NCBI GenBank assembly: GCA_964016885.1
Contig: OZ024743.1
Coordinates: 188,356,001-188,420,000 of the forward strand
Length of the DNA stretch: 64,000 nucleotides
Reading direction: 5' to 3'
Origin: Eledone cirrhosa
Lineage: Eukaryota
The notes under the pieces are model-generated. The model was given only the letters and a program-made list of their open reading frames with translations, was not told the DNA's origin and ran no database searches. Positions 1 through 14,629 of the stretch are shown piece after piece. Position 1 is the stretch's first letter. Each line of letters starts with the position of its first letter. Made by a program: the position numbers and the translations under genes.

Positions 1-732
1 GTTACTGCTAAAATTCCGGCGAATCTGGCTATATGCTAAGGTATTTCTAGTTCTAGTGTTAAGTTTATTATGGTGAGTTGCTGTGTTATGGCATTTAGGT
101 ATGTAATAAATTGATTGTTTATAACCAGATTCAGAGAGAGCCTTATTATAATATTGTGCGTGGTTTATAAATATCTCTTCATTTGCTGATAGCATTGAGA
201 TCCTATAAGAGATAGATTTGATTACTGCTCTGATGACTGACGGTGGGTGGTTAGAGTGTGGGCTAATATATGTTAGTATTTCACCTGGTTTATGGTAAGG
301 GTTATAAAGGTCATTGTTGAGATCAAGGGTGACGTCTAGGAAGTTTACTACTTTATGGTTCAGCTCGATGGTGATAGAGAGACCGTTATTTTTGAATAAT
401 CGATGTAATTGTTTCTTTAGCAAATCGATTCCCCGATTAGTGCAATTGTGGATCGCAAATAGAGCATCGTCCCGGTATATTCCGCCTGGCATGGGTTGGA
501 TTTCGGCTCTGATGTTACTCAATAGGTAAATCCCGACTAAATCGGTGATTTGCGCGGAGTCACTTGAGCCCATCGTAATGTCAAAGTTGTCCGTTCTATC
601 TTTTCTAGTCCAGAGTGCTCCGTTGAATTCAATGATAGTCTGCCTAGCCATGAGTAAGATGTTAATCTCATTATTGATTATGTCCGAGTTGGTGGTGGCT
701 AGGGCTAGTGCTTTGTTGAGCAGTTCCGGGGT
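1..732 (-). mobile_element. Penelope-like element (Naiad-type) reverse transcriptase, 5'-truncated, runs off the window start
   Basis: Manual translation gives an uninterrupted frame missed by the ORF track: TPELLNKAL...NFDITMGSSDSAQITDLVGIYLL...GGIYRDDAL...VNFLDVTLDL...PYHKP...SNHPPSV...ISYRISMLS...YYNKALSESGY. The FDxTMGS and YRDD motifs are typical of Naiad RTs. It abuts a (TA)n tract. Confidence 0.93.
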
Positions 733-760
733 TGTACCCATGGGAGGTCGGGTACTCTGT

Positions 761-978
<218 letters not shown>

Positions 979-1049
979 GCTGATTCAGTATATTTGTGGT
1001 GTATGGAGAAAGGAATATTCCAATATTAGCACTCTATGCTATAGCACCA

Positions 1050-1140
1050 AGAAGAACAAAATGAGGTTTCAGATTGAGGTTTTTATTGATTAGGTTAATC
1101 AATAAAAATCTCAATGTGAAACCATGTTTTATTCTTCTTA
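1050..1140. repeat. Short imperfect foldback beside TA runs, probably a pLTR-derived insertion
   Basis: aagaacaaaatgaggtttcagattgaggtttttattgatta pairs with taatcaataaaaatctcaatgtgaaaccatgttttattctt; centre ~1093. Confidence 0.7.
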
Positions 1141-2595
1141 ATATATATAAAAATTGTTCTTAGTAATGGTGAACTAACTGTTGTGAAACTACTTATATAT
1201 ATATATCAACATCATCACCGTTTTACATCCGTTCTTCTACGCTAGCATGGGTTAGACATATATATATACATATATATATTTATATAAAGTATTTCACACA
1301 GGTTATGATTACAAGTAGACACTCATTGTAATGCTGTTGCTACTAGTGAACACTTTTTCTGATCAAAAATTTTAGACACTATCTTTTATTAAGCAAAAAT
1401 GTTATCTTTATTCTTTGCACTTCAATCTTTCTTCTGTTTATTACTATCACCTGTAGTTAATATGTAATGAAGACTGATACTATAACTACATATCTAACAA
1501 GTATAAATTATATAGCAAAATAACAACAAAAAATGAAATTTTTCACACACAATTTCAAATGCACATATCAAGCTGGTGTACAAATAAGTGTGGTTTTTAA
1601 CCAGCAATTTTGAAGTAATTTATCTCAAATCAAGTTGAATTTTATTAACCAGAATAATATCAATTACAGTTTATATGATTTGCCAATAAGAAGGAAACCT
1701 ATTTATTTAAGTGGCATTAGTAAGCAATTGGACAGAGGTTTGAGAGTAAGCTGCATCGGGTACAGTTTTGTAGCCCATTTTATTCAGTTTCTGCAAAATC
1801 ATTTGAGAGAGATGTGGTCAGGTGTTGTTAGGGGAAGAATCCATTTCTTTTCAATTGGCTAATATTGAATGTAAATATAGTTCTTGGTGCATTTTGCAGA
1901 TTTGAAGAAGTATAGTTGATTATATTGACCCAGTACTTGACTATTACATTGTTTTACTGTCTCAGAGAGGATAAACAGCAACATTACTTCAATGAGATTT
2001 GAACTGATTATGTAAAATTCCATAACTAAATATTGCAATGGATTTTGTTTAGCACTTAAACAAGTATGTCACAGAAATGATCTTCTGCCTGTTCATTAGA
2101 AAAACAAAAACGAAAACATGTGAGTAATGAAACTAAACACTACGGCATATTCCCAGAGGTAAAATTTATATGAGTTAATGGGTTAATTCAAGATTTCTAG
2201 GTTACAGCCAAGGCTTTCCGAACTAACTTTTACCTTACTCCTTGAACCAACTAACTCATGTTTGACCCCTGTTGGCTTAGACTACCTCTGGTTACTTCTT
2301 CAAAGACCGCAAATCTATCAGAGAGTTTTTTTCTACATGGCCATTCAGTCTGCTAGTTGTCAAATCTCACTCAAATTACACATTACTATCTTAAAATAAA
2401 GTAATGTATTACTGCTTGAAAGAAACAAAATGAACTGATCATGGCTAGAAGGCTTTTGAAAATAAACTTGCTTGATCAGGGCTGACCTGTGGCTAAACAA
2501 CAACAATAACAGTTTTATAGATTGACTTCTCTATCATGCTTACTTAAAAAAAGTTCATATGAAGCCTTCTAAAATATGTTGAACTCTCTGCCTAC

Positions 2596-2695
2596 CTGTT
2601 GTGAAAATAATTTCTTATTCAGCCAACCATTGCTGCATCCAAATGTGTGTGTGGAACTAATCCAATAATGTATCCATAAGATCATCTCATTTCTT
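2596..2695 (-). other. Candidate 100-nt internal exon of an unidentified transcript
   Basis: Minus strand reads tatattttacag|AAGAAATG...TCACAACAG|gtaggc, with one open frame (RNEMILWIHYWISSTHTFGCSNGWLNKKLFSQQ). No homology recognised. Confidence 0.25.
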
Positions 2696-5600
2696 CTGTA
2701 AAATATACAGAAGCATAGATATAAAATCAAGTGCATTATCTGGCATACAAAAACTGACTAGCAAGAATTAAGGTGATACACCCACACTACTTATAAAGCA
2801 GTCACAGCAACCACATTTTGAATGAATATGCAGTGTCATTTTTCACTATGCATACCTGATGTGTGGATCTAAGATATCTCTGAAATATTTGATCAGTTAG
2901 CAGTATGCCCAAGTTTTGCAATATCAAATCAGAAAAGAAATTTATTTTAATAATTTTTTAACTTGGAAATATATTAATGTTGATATCTTTCAAATTTCGC
3001 TTCATCATTGTAGTATGAATGTTTTAATTAAAGTGACTTATTTTTTGGTTATCTTCAATCTAATGTTTAACTCTTTAACTAAATCCTAGCTACATAACAT
3101 TCCTCAATGTTAAATGTTCTGCTATTGATAAATAGCAGCTTATTCTTCTTAAGAATTTATTTTACACTTTACTTATTTGTTTTTCAAAAAAAAAAAAGGA
3201 GCTGTTATCCATGCTAGACAGAAATTTATTAGTTCTGTGTTTATTTCATTAATCGGCAAATTTAGAAGTAACTTCCAAGAAAATAACTAACAAAGTATAA
3301 AATAAACTAAAGTGAAATCTATGAAAGCCAATTAAAAATCAATAGAAATCTATAAGAAAAATAGAGAAAACTGATTGGAAATGTAAGGGAAAATGATACA
3401 TAATCTTCAGAAAATCAAAAGGTGTAGGATGGAAGAAAAACTCACCTAAATCAACCACCATAAACAAAAATAGTAAAAGTAATTCAAAATATATATAAAA
3501 GCCAATATTCAAATCTTGAAAAAACTCTCTGATAAATGTTTGTATTTTCATTTCTATTAATAATAGCTATGAAATTCAACAGAAAAATGATAAAAGCTTT
3601 TTGATGACAAATGTTTTCCTTTAAGACAAGAAAATAAATCTAATGTAATGATAATATAAATTCCTGTGTAACCTTAAAATAAAATAAAACATACTTTGCA
3701 TGATAATATCTGCAAAATATTGAACTGGATAATACATTTAATTAGACGAAAACAAACTTTAGAGTCAAGAAAATATCTTTTAATTAGTTTTTGTTTTTGT
3801 CGTATTCTTTCTTCCCAAATAATTTCAAAGACAATTTATTTACTTTTTATTTGCTGAAAATTTAAAGTTATGAAATCAAAGTTTGAGAAAGTACTATTGG
3901 AATATGTGAAGATGAACTATGCAGTCTGGGAGCTTAATGTACAGAATTATAATTCGAACTAAGACTCATAGCGATTGTTGTGTCACCTTTGCCCTATTTA
4001 AGTATTTTAGATATTGCAAATAGCTGTAAATCATGACAAGTAACTGTAATATTTAGAACAAAGGAATCTGTGGATCACTATAACATGATGATGTGAGGAC
4101 ATTGACCTCTAACTCATGATCACATTTCTAATACAATAAGGGCAGGTGTTCAGTGCTTTTGACTTTTGGCAATATGTGATCAGGTGAGTTTTCCATGGAC
4201 ATATATGTTGACATGACTCCACAAGAAAACGATATTCATTTTAAGGGTGGTGGATGGACAAAACTCTTAATTCCTTGCAGTATATATTTACAAACGTTTA
4301 TATTTTTAGTTCAAATCCTGTCAAAGTCAATTTGCCATTTACTATTGTGTAATTATTACAGAAGACTAACATCAAGACTTCCACTGCTAAATTCCCTTCT
4401 TTATGCAGTAAATTTACCACCTGTGATAGAGTACCATTTTGTTCAATTTATAATTTAACTATAATCTGCTTAATGATAATGAAATTTGAGTCTAGCATTG
4501 GCTATATAACTCTTTATAAGATGAAAGGGAATAGCCTAACCATTAATTCATAGGAAGAGAGTTTCTGTCAGTAATTTACATATTGAATATTATTACCGAA
4601 GATTTATATGTTACCCACTGGTCCTGAATATAGTGATAAATTCAAGTTTTCAATCATTGTTCTGTATTTCCGTGTAAGATAAATAACTCCTCTTTCATCA
4701 GTTTACCTGACTCCAGACTGATTTATTACTGGTACACTTATTGCTTAACAAAATGAGTTTAGTAGTGAAAGTGTTAGTGTTAGTTTCCTATTTTATTCCT
4801 ATTCATGTCTAGGACATATTATACAAATATTAATTAACACCAACCCATGACCAGTTATATGTATATCATCAATGGAAAGTAAAGTTGACTTCGAGGGGAT
4901 TTGAACATCCTTGTTGAGTGATTAGCTGCCAAAAGGATCACTGGAGCTTCTACATGATCATTTGACATGATATAAATGGCAATCAAATCTCCCTCAAACC
5001 ACATCGTACTATCTTAAAAGGGGAAAGACACATTGAATAATGTGTCCTGAATGCATGTTGTGCGACAAATGATCAGATTGTCATGCCTAGGACAACTTTC
5101 TTCTGTGGTCTGTTAAACCATAGCTTACCTAGGCTAAACAACAACATCTTGAGCCAATGAGAAGGTTTCTCTCCGATCTGTTGAAGTACTAGAAATAGCA
5201 CCCAAATCACTATCAAATCACACTGGATCATATTAAATAAGGAAATGACACTTTGGATAATGTAATTCTAGATACATTATCTGAAACAAAAACAAAGCAA
5301 CATTGTGGGTTTTTCAGGCAACTTTTGAGAAGAAAAGGAATTTTGACAGTTTTTGTTGCTCTTCTTTCATGTCAGCTCTGATTGAAAATCTGAGCAAAGG
5401 TGTTATGGCCATAACTGTCCTGTTTTGTTTTTCCATAGCAGATTGAAAGTGAAATTAGATTATTCAATGTATTGTTTGTTTTGTATGACAAAAGAATGTG
5501 ATTTGAAAGTAATTTGGCTGCTATTTTTAGGACATGGCATGTAAATGCTCCTTCATTTAATTACATAGAAGCTTTTTGTTAGTTTAAACAGAGACTTCAA

Positions 5601-6232
5601 AAAATGGATGTGTTGTTTAATCGCAGGTAAAACTTAATAGAACAAACCTGTGATCAAAAGATAATACAACCTTTTGGTAGGATCTAAGACTTTATTGTCG
5701 AGTGGGTGGAGATCTTCCCATCCAACGGAGAGATTTGACAGCTCTGCCACACATGGCATACAATGATAACATCATAATTATCTTCCTAATCTCCTTCTTC
5801 ACAGCCATAGAATAGTCAATGACATATTTAGTGTGGGTGTTATAAAAACAATACCCAGTATACTCTGTAAGGTAGTTAGTGAAATAATGGGCATCCCCCT
5901 TTAGAAACCATGCCAAAGATGGTTGAGAAGACTCTTCAGCTGTATCGAGGATATGACAACTTCTTTAGTGTTAGTGATCTACACAATAAATGCACCCAGT
6001 ACACTCTGTAAAGTTATTGGTGACAGGAAGGGTATGCAACACAAGAAGTCACGAGAATGATTTAATTGTGTCAAAGATATAATAACCTCTCTAGTGCTGG
6101 TGCCATGATAAAATCTACTCAGTAAAGCATAGGAATGTATGTAAATGGTTCAGCTTGCATGCTGATTTGATCGGTGAAGACCCATCCAAGATCTGCTAGC
6201 AGAAAGGATGGCTGTTAAACGATGATAATAAT

Positions 6233-6412
6233 TGTTTCTACTTTTGGCACCAGGCCAGCGATCAATCCAGTGCATTACTGGTACTTTATTTTATCGACCC
6301 CATAAGGATGAAAGGCAAAGTTAACCTTGGCGGGATTTGAACTCAGATCATAAAGGGAGGTAACTCTATGCTTCAAAGCATGGCGCCCGACCCTCTACCG
6401 ATACTGCCAATC
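6233..6412 (-). mobile_element. tRNA-derived SINE with Nin-like core
   Basis: Minus strand has B-box GAGTTCAAATCC followed by ggttaactttgcctttcatccttatggggtcgataaaataaagtaccag; closely similar to 12472-12643 and 28633-28805. Confidence 0.85.
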
Positions 6413-8989
6413 GATAATAATGACTATTCAAACTATTTTGGATTGATTCGACTCTAATGTAGTCAGAACCTTATAGACACACAGCCAGGTAATTGTGTTT
6501 ATATCTCAACTAAGTCATGTGGAATGTAGGTTTTATATTAATTGCATATAAGAAAAGTTATTTTGCAAAGGAATTTTTTAATTCTATAAATAGAATCTAC
6601 TATAGATGATGCTCATATATTTGGTTAAAGAATATATATTTAAAAATTTGACTAAAATCAAGAGGAAAATGTAGGAAAATATCGATTGCATTTGATACAG
6701 CGAATGCTATATGGCATATCTATCATTTCATTTAAAGACTGACTCGAAATCTCTGAGAACGCATTTCTAGATGAATTCGTTTTTCTTGATATAGAAAGAT
6801 GATGATGAAGAAAAATATCCAATTTTATCTCCTAAATGTAAGAAACTTTTAAGATGAGTGAGCTGAAAGGAAAATCCCAAGACAAATTAGTTCTGATAGA
6901 TGCATTATGAAGCCATGGTTTCAAACCTGCAATTTATCAGAATGAATAACCTTGTCTCTAAATACATTCACATATCCATATGCACACACTCACATGCATG
7001 TGTATACACACAATTATGTACACATATATATCAAATATACATATGCATACAAATTCATATTCATCATCATCATCATCATAATTGATTTTGTGTTCATTTT
7101 TACACATTTGCATGGGTTGGAGAGTCTTTTTCTGTATAATACTTTAGGTATATTTGTGTAGAAAAGGAAGCAGGGAGGGGGGGGGAGCAAAGAAGATAAT
7201 AGCCAATGGGCTTCTAGTAATCATGGTACAGCTGGAATAAAAATATTTCATTGGTTAAACGGAATTTTTTCTATAGTTCTTGGAGATTCTGCATGACACA
7301 ATTGGCCACTTGAATTACAGGTACAACTCATATTTGCATACTGAGTTCACTGGATAAATGTTAGATAGAGTGTCTTGCTTAAGCAAATAATGTGGCACCC
7401 TAATCACTAAATCACACACCTTCACAGTTTATACAACTATATATATTACTATTGATGCAGATAGAACTATGAATTTGCAGGCTTGACTCATCAGAGTGCC
7501 TCACATTATTTGTCGCACTTTTCATTCTGAATTCAAACTGTTTCTATGCTAACTTTACCTTTCAGTGTCAATAAACTAAAGCATTTATCTAGTATTGAGG
7601 TCAATTTAATCTACTGATCCCATCCACCAAATTTGTTGCCTTGGCCTTATGTTAAAAACGTGCACTGTTATTGTTATTTTAATTCTAGAAGTTACGTACA
7701 TCTTAGACCATTCAATTTAATGAGGTTGATGCAGTTTATATTCGACTTTGACACCTATACAGTGAACATATTAGCTGGGAGGAAAAGGTTTTGTTGAATT
7801 GCAGTTTTGAGTTTAAAGGGTTGGGCAAAGCTTGTAGTTTATCTTTTGGAGAAGTTTTATTTATCTATTTTAGTCATGGAAGAAAGGGAAGTATCAATGA
7901 CTCTTTTATTTTTTACTCTAAGACTAGTTGTCAGGAAGTAATCTCCAATGTGGTTATCTTGCCCATTTACTTGCAACAAAGTGAAATTAACTAAAGCCAC
8001 TCAAAAACCAAGTTGTGATATTAAAACTCAGAACACAAAAGACCAAAATAATTATCACAAGGCATCTCATCTAATTTCCCACAAATTAGCCCAGTCCAAT
8101 ACTCTAGATTGTTAACTGTATTTCATTAACTCCAGAGGTATGAAATGCAAAGCTAATCTTCGCAGGATTTGAACTTAGTGAACTGGAACAAATACCTCAA
8201 TCTGTCCTATTTTTTTAATAATTCTATTCATTCACCACCATATAAAGACAAATAGATGATCAAGGTAGGCAAAATAGATTTGAGGTGAGGTGGTATTCAA
8301 ATACTTAGTTTCAGAATAGACAAACCTTTGTTGGAGGCAGAGAGAAGAAAGACTGCATCTGTGGACATATTAGTGTGTTGTTGAGCATATACTAATATAT
8401 TGGCTGCCTTCTATCATGATGATTGTGTGTGTGTAGCAGCTGCATCATGCCACATATTTGATAAGTAGCTTATTCTCTGGGATGTAATTTTATCAATTTT
8501 ATAGCTGCTCTTGGGACTATTAGCACATATGTAAATGGCAAATTTATCTACCTGCTTCCACACCTCATCAAACCAAAATCACCAAATTCAATCGCTAAAT
8601 GTTTCAGTAGATATAGACAATTTTCTAAAGCTCAGCGTTTTATTTTAAAATTGTGTTCTGAAATATTCAGCGAGGTGAGTTTTTGTCATAGTTTCTCTAT
8701 TAGAAAAAGTAAAAAAAAAACAAGCATGGATGTATGTTCTTCTGGTTTTATAATTTCACAAATTTTTGCCAATAGAGAGTCGGTTTCTAACATAGATACA
8801 AGACTTTCTCATTGGAATTTACACAACATCAACTAGGTAGATATGTATGCATGTCTGCATGCAAGCATTTGTGTGCAGGTATGGATGTTATTGTATGTGT
8901 GGATGTGGATTTCTTTAGTTGTATGTGTGCATGTGCATATGCTTTGTATCTGTACAAGTGTATATGCAGTTATTTGATGCAGAACTTTT

Positions 8990-9372
8990 GGAATGATTAC
9001 CATAATTTTACTGTTCCTTTAATGGATTGTACTTGTAATTTCCTAACTAGTTGTGTTCTCTCTGTTTTTGTGAAGCGCAGCTTCTCAAGATTTGTATTGA
9101 GGCAGTTACTAACATATCCCAGTGCTCTAATAATCACAGGCATACATCTGAAGGTATAGTCAGGGTGGAGTATCTGCAGATTTCTCATCAGTTCTGCATA
9201 GATATTCTCCTTTTCGCTAATCTTTGATATTATATTGGCCTCTGCTGGGCAGCTAACTTCCACTATTGTGTATGCCTTATTTTCCTTGTCCCATATCATT
9301 ATATCTGGTCTGTTATGCCTGCATTTTATTGGGGTTTTTACTGGAACATTCCACCAGTACTCTTTCATATTA
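8990..9372 (-). mobile_element. R4/Dong-clade LINE 3' fragment, restriction-like endonuclease
   Basis: ORF 8997-9368 contains HNRPDIMIWDK...IVEVSCP...EKENIY...PVIIRALG (PD-(D/E)xK REL motif); 5' end abuts a (TATG)n tract. Confidence 0.9.
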
Positions 9373-9699
9373 TGTATATGTATGTTTGTATATGTATGTA
9401 TATGTATGTATGTATGTATGTTTGTATGTATGTATGTGTGTGTATGTATGTGTGTGAGTGTGTGTGTGTGTGTGTACTGCTTTTATTATTTTGTAAATGT
9501 TCACCAATAGGAAGAGGAATGGTTTCCAAATTAGAAACAGGACTCTATCATTGGAATTTAGACAACGTCCACTAGGTAATTATATATGTTTCTATACGTG
9601 CCTATGTATGTGCAGGTATGGATATCATTGCATGTGAATGTAAATATGCATATGTTTCTGTGGCTAAACATGTGTATATACAGTTATTACATGCAGAAT

Positions 9700-11130
9700 A
9701 TCTGTTCTATTAATGAACACTACTCGCAACTTCCTAACTAGCTGTGTTCATTCTGCTTCTGTGAAGCCCAGCTTCTCAAGATTTGTATTGAGGCAGTTAG
9801 CAACATAAACAAGAACCCGAATAATTACAAGTACTAATCTAAAGGTATAATCAGGGTGGAGTATCTGCAGGTCTTTCCTTAGTTCAGCATTAATATTCTG
9901 TTTGCTAATCTATAGCTTTATATTGACATCAGCTGGGCTGCTGATTTCCACTACTACGCATGCCTTCTTTTCTTTGTTCCATATCACTCTGTTTGCATTT
10001 TGTTGGGGTTTTGATTGGAACATTCCACTAGTATTCTTTCATATTATGTATGCGTATGCTCTCCACATCACTGTAACAAGTTATATTTCTATTCTCAGGA
10101 CTATTCTTTCTGTGGATTGCATTGTTTTGGCCACTACAGCATGCCTCATATATAATTAGAATTGTGATGACATTTTGGACTGCTGCTTATAATGTGGGTG
10201 ATATCCTTGATGTTATTATGTAGAGTCTGCACCAGTTGTTATATCTAGGTGTTTTGCTTGCATTCCTTTTAAGCCTGTTTCTTTTAAGCATAAGGTATTT
10301 TGTTATTTTCTGTTCTTGGATTGCAAAAGCATATCCTCAAATTAAGAGCTAATATACTGGTTGTTGGTTTAAGATAGACTGATTTGCTTATTTATATTAT
10401 TCTCACTTTGAAGTTTTCTGACATCATAGCCATGCAAAATATTTTGCTGATAAGCATGCAGCTTTTCATTCATGAGTTCATTGCAGTATTGCTGTGATGT
10501 TTCCATGGGTGTGAGTTTTGGTTGTTATGAAAGGAGTATTTCTCAAAGAGTTCTTTATCAACTCTCATGATGTTATTTGTCTCATGTATAAATAGTTGTA
10601 CTATGGATGGGCTTCTATGCTTAGTGGTTTGTAGATATTTTCAGAGGGATACGTAACACTTAAATCTGTTTGGATTGATGTTAAGCCTCTGCCTCCCTAT
10701 TTACATTTTAGGTAGAGGCAGTCTATGATGCTGTTGATGTGGAAATTTCCGGTGCCTGTTAGAACTTTTAGGGTTTTAACATCAATGAGTTGGATCTCCA
10801 ATCAAGTAATCCAAATGTTATCATAGGCCCAGCAAACACTTTGTGGGCTATTGGTTTACTATATGCACAGATTTCCAAAGACTATATTTTTCTTATTCAG
10901 GTATTATATTCCCTAGTTACTCATTCCATGTTATAAATTCCATCATAGGATATATTTTCATTTATTCCTTGGTATCTGTAGTAGCAGTCCTTGTCAGATG
11001 ATGGCTATTGATAGAGATGTTGCTAGATTGGCTTCTAGTTTTTCTTTGCTTTACAATTATATAGGAACATTTATCCAAGCGAAACTCCATTCCTAAAGCT
11101 TTCAAGAATGATATAAGCAGGTCAGGGTTT
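9700..11130 (-). mobile_element. Degenerate R4/Dong-clade LINE (RT end to REL)
   Basis: LGMEFRLDKC (~11080), GGRGL (~10690) and a second REL region paralogous to 8990-9372; many stops; abuts (TATG)n. Confidence 0.85.
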
Positions 11131-12471
11131 TCCTTTGTATGTATGTTTGTATGTATGTATGTATGTAAATGTATGTAAATGTATGCAATATAAGCAGAGA
11201 TGATATATAATAATAAAAGACCTTCAGGCCAATTGCTTTTATTAATATGTTTCAAATCAAACAGGCTTTGAATAACTTTGCTACAATCATTATCAAGGTA
11301 GACGAAATATAGCCTGTGGTTTTATTGAAAATATTTTGATAAATAAATTTGGATTTTTAATCTAAAGTGAGATTAAAATAAGATTAAAGTTAATTATACG
11401 TTAATTGCTAATTATCTTTGTTCATTGTTTTTTTTAGGAAGGCACATGTTATATTGCAATTAGTTTCATGGCATTTACACTCCATGATAACCATTTTTTA
11501 TTTCATTTCATGTACACTTATTACTTCAGGCTAATTGATACTATATTATCCTCCAGACATCTCCATATTGCTAATATACAGTAATTGCTTTAGTACAACA
11601 GTAGTGTAGAAAAAATATTAGACTTGATTTTTTTCAACACTATTTTTCTTTCCTCCTAATGTTTTTTTTTACAGAAAACATTTTTTTTTCTTTCAAATAT
11701 TCCTCTTTCCTCTTATTTAAAACATGTCCACAACATTGAAGATTTTTCAGTTTTACTTTTTGCAAATTTAATATTTTTTCATATTGCATTATTTATTGCA
11801 TTTTTTTCCAAATTAAAAACAAAGTTTTATTATTGTATTTTTTTTTTTACTCAAATAATAAACAGTCTCTTATTTGTGTTTCTGTCAATGAAATTGAAAA
11901 TATTTATAAATCATGAGCCCAGACAGTGAAGAAGAACATTGTCTAGCATGCAGAACCCCAAGCACAAGCCACCTTGTATTTCCAGTGGACAGAATAGAGA
12001 AAACATAACACCAGAGGATAGCATATGAGATGCATTGGAATAGCAATTACAACTCAAGAGGCTCATGTAGCTAATGTTGCCCTGGAAACCGTGACTAAGG
12101 AGGTGGACATATTTATCCAAAAGTTCTTTTGTTCCAAAAGCTTATTTGCAACAATAACAATTTATGAAATATTTATTGATAAACACTCATTTTAATAATT
12201 AAGACGGTGTTTCCTATTATATATTGTTCTTAGGTACTTATATCTTTTCCTAGATTTTTGAAAATATTCATTCTTTCAAATGATTTCTGCCCTATAAATG
12301 GGAAGTGAAATTTTGTTCAGCATTTAGTTATCATGCTCACAAGCATCAAATGGTTTGTGAAATGAGAAATATTTACATGATGTAGATGGGTTTGGATACA
12401 AAATTTATTTACATGTTTTGAAGTATATGTATACAAAATGGTAACTTTGCATGTATATAACACAATAATTA

Positions 12472-12643
12472 TTTCTACTTTTGGCACAAGGCCAGCAATT
12501 ATCCCAGTGCATTACTGGTACTTTATTTGATCGACCCCGTAAGGATGAAAGGCAAAGTTAACCTCGGCGGGATTTGAACTCAGACCATAAAGGGCTGTAA
12601 CTCTATGCTGCAAAGCATGGCGTCCGACCCTCTACCGATACTC
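12472..12643 (-). mobile_element. tRNA-derived SINE with Nin-like core
   Basis: Same family as 6233-6412; B-box GTTCAAATCC. Confidence 0.85.
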
Positions 12644-13049
12644 ACAATAATGTTAGTTCAAGATACCTTTTTGTAGTGCCATGGCAACATAATTCAAAAC
12701 AGTTGCTTAGCAGAATTAATATACATTTTTGTTTATATGTTTTCTTAATATTAAAAACATTTGCATAAAAGAATATATTGAATCACATATCTAAATTAAT
12801 ACATTTACATATAATTTTAAACAAGCCAATAATTTATATAGATTTAAGATAGAACTGAATATATAAAACTCTTACATGACATATTCCTACAGATCCTTAA
12901 CTGCCTCAATCTTAAAAGATTGTCATTAGCAAATATGATCATTATCATCATCACCATATTCAATGCCTCCATGAGTTAGGTGGGTTTTCACATTATGAGG
13001 CCTGACAGGTTAGATGACCACATCTTGCTCATATAATCTCATTTGGTTT

Positions 13050-13350
13050 AGTTTTCTACAGCTGGATGACTATCCTAATGCCAACCACATTTCAGTATGT
13101 ACTGGGCGCATTTTTCATGGCACCAGTACAACCACCTTATAGGGTGGACTTGGTATTTTTCATTGTGACACCAGTAAAACCACCTTACAGGGTGGACTTG
13201 GTATTTTTCATTGAGACACCAGTAAAACCACCTTATATGGTGGACTGGGTGCATCTTTGTTGTGGTACAAGCGTGACCGCAAGGTGGATTGGGTGCTTTT
13301 TTTCATGGCACCAGCACTGTGTGAGAGCAGATGACATATCGTTGGGGGTG
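13050..13350 (-). mobile_element. SINE carrying an internal 48-bp tandem repeat
   Basis: ctacagctggatg...aatgccaacc motif (also near 25490, 26470, 56470), then 3-5 diverged units of gacaccagtaaaaccaccttacagggtggacttggtatttttcattga. Confidence 0.7.
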
Positions 13351-14139
13351 GCCTTGAAGAGGAGGAGTTGCATTTGGCAGTATATTGTAGAGTCAGTCCA
13401 GTTTTGCTTGCATGCATGGTTTAGACAGAAAAGGTGTATCATGGATGTGTCAGAGGGTAGGGTAATTTCATCATTATCCTAAAATTTTGAAACTGCTGAA
13501 ATAAAGTTTCAACAATATTAAACTTTGGATAGAAATACTTTCACATTTCAAAAGATTTCCCAATATTTAGCTATACTTTGCTGTTTAACAAGATGAACAT
13601 TAAATTTTCAGTTGCACACATGAATACAAATTTCTGAGTTAACCTTAATGTCAATCTCACAAAATAGGAAAAGATTATCATGCATATCTGTCAATGAAAT
13701 TTAAATAAATTATGTTTCTTAGCAGAGGTTATTTTTGAATTTTGACCAAATTTAATGTAAAATTTTCATACACTGTAATTCCATTTTGTGTAGGTAGCTA
13801 AATATATTTCACTTTTAGTAATACATCCTATATCGAATACAGGATGATATTTTCAATGTAAGAGTAATATATTTTTACAATGCAGAAGTTAGTCAAATGT
13901 TTGTAATGCTGTGAGTATGTTGGCTAGCCTAAACAATTATTAGGGGGCGGCTCCACCACCTATTGTGGAGCAGGATTAAGTGTATGAACATCCTATTCTC
14001 ACCTTTTCTTTTCTATTATCGTCCCCTTTTTTATTTAGTATTGTACACAGTATTATATATTGTATAGTATTATTCAAACCCAGGTCTGTTCAATAATGAA
14101 TGTTTCAGAAAAAATAAATAATATGCATTTGCTACTAAT

Positions 14140-14628
14140 AAAGTTGTATTGAAAGAGGAGATTATAGACCAGGGAATATCCAAGAAAGAAGTAATGACAA
14201 ATAGAAAGAACAACCTGAATAAAAAAGCTCTTCACAGTGTCTTCCTGAATAAAACAGATTTCAGAGATTTGCAGACATGAAACTGGTTAAAGAAAGAGGA
14301 CCTTAAGAAAGAAACAGAGGAAATGCTACTGGCCTCATAGGAGCAAGCCCTTAGAATGAAGTGGATGAAACATCCATTGAAAAAGCGGAAGCTAGCCTGC
14401 TCTGTAGGATCTGTGGAGAAAGGGAAGGAACGGTGGCTCACATTGTATCCGAGTGTAAATGCCTAGCCCAGACTTATTATAAAGGATGACGGCACGACAT
14501 CATAGGAAAAGTGATCCATTTGAGTTGATGCAAATTGAATGATTCACCCTACACTGAGAAGTGGTATGAGCATAAACCAGAGTTGGTCATAGAAAACGAC
14601 TGCTTGAACATGCTATAGGATTTCAGGA
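14140..14628 (+). mobile_element. R4/Dong-clade LINE fragment (CCHC zinc-knuckle region)
   Basis: Translates with stops to WLKKEDLKKETEEMLLAS*EQALR...CRICGEREGTVAHIVSECKCLAQTYY...RHD...WYEHKPELVIEND. Confidence 0.85.
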
Positions 14629-14629
14629 T

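Noticed and set aside
13110-13320. CRISPR-like repeat array
   Set aside because: Contiguous 48-bp tandem units without unique spacers, inside a eukaryotic SINE.
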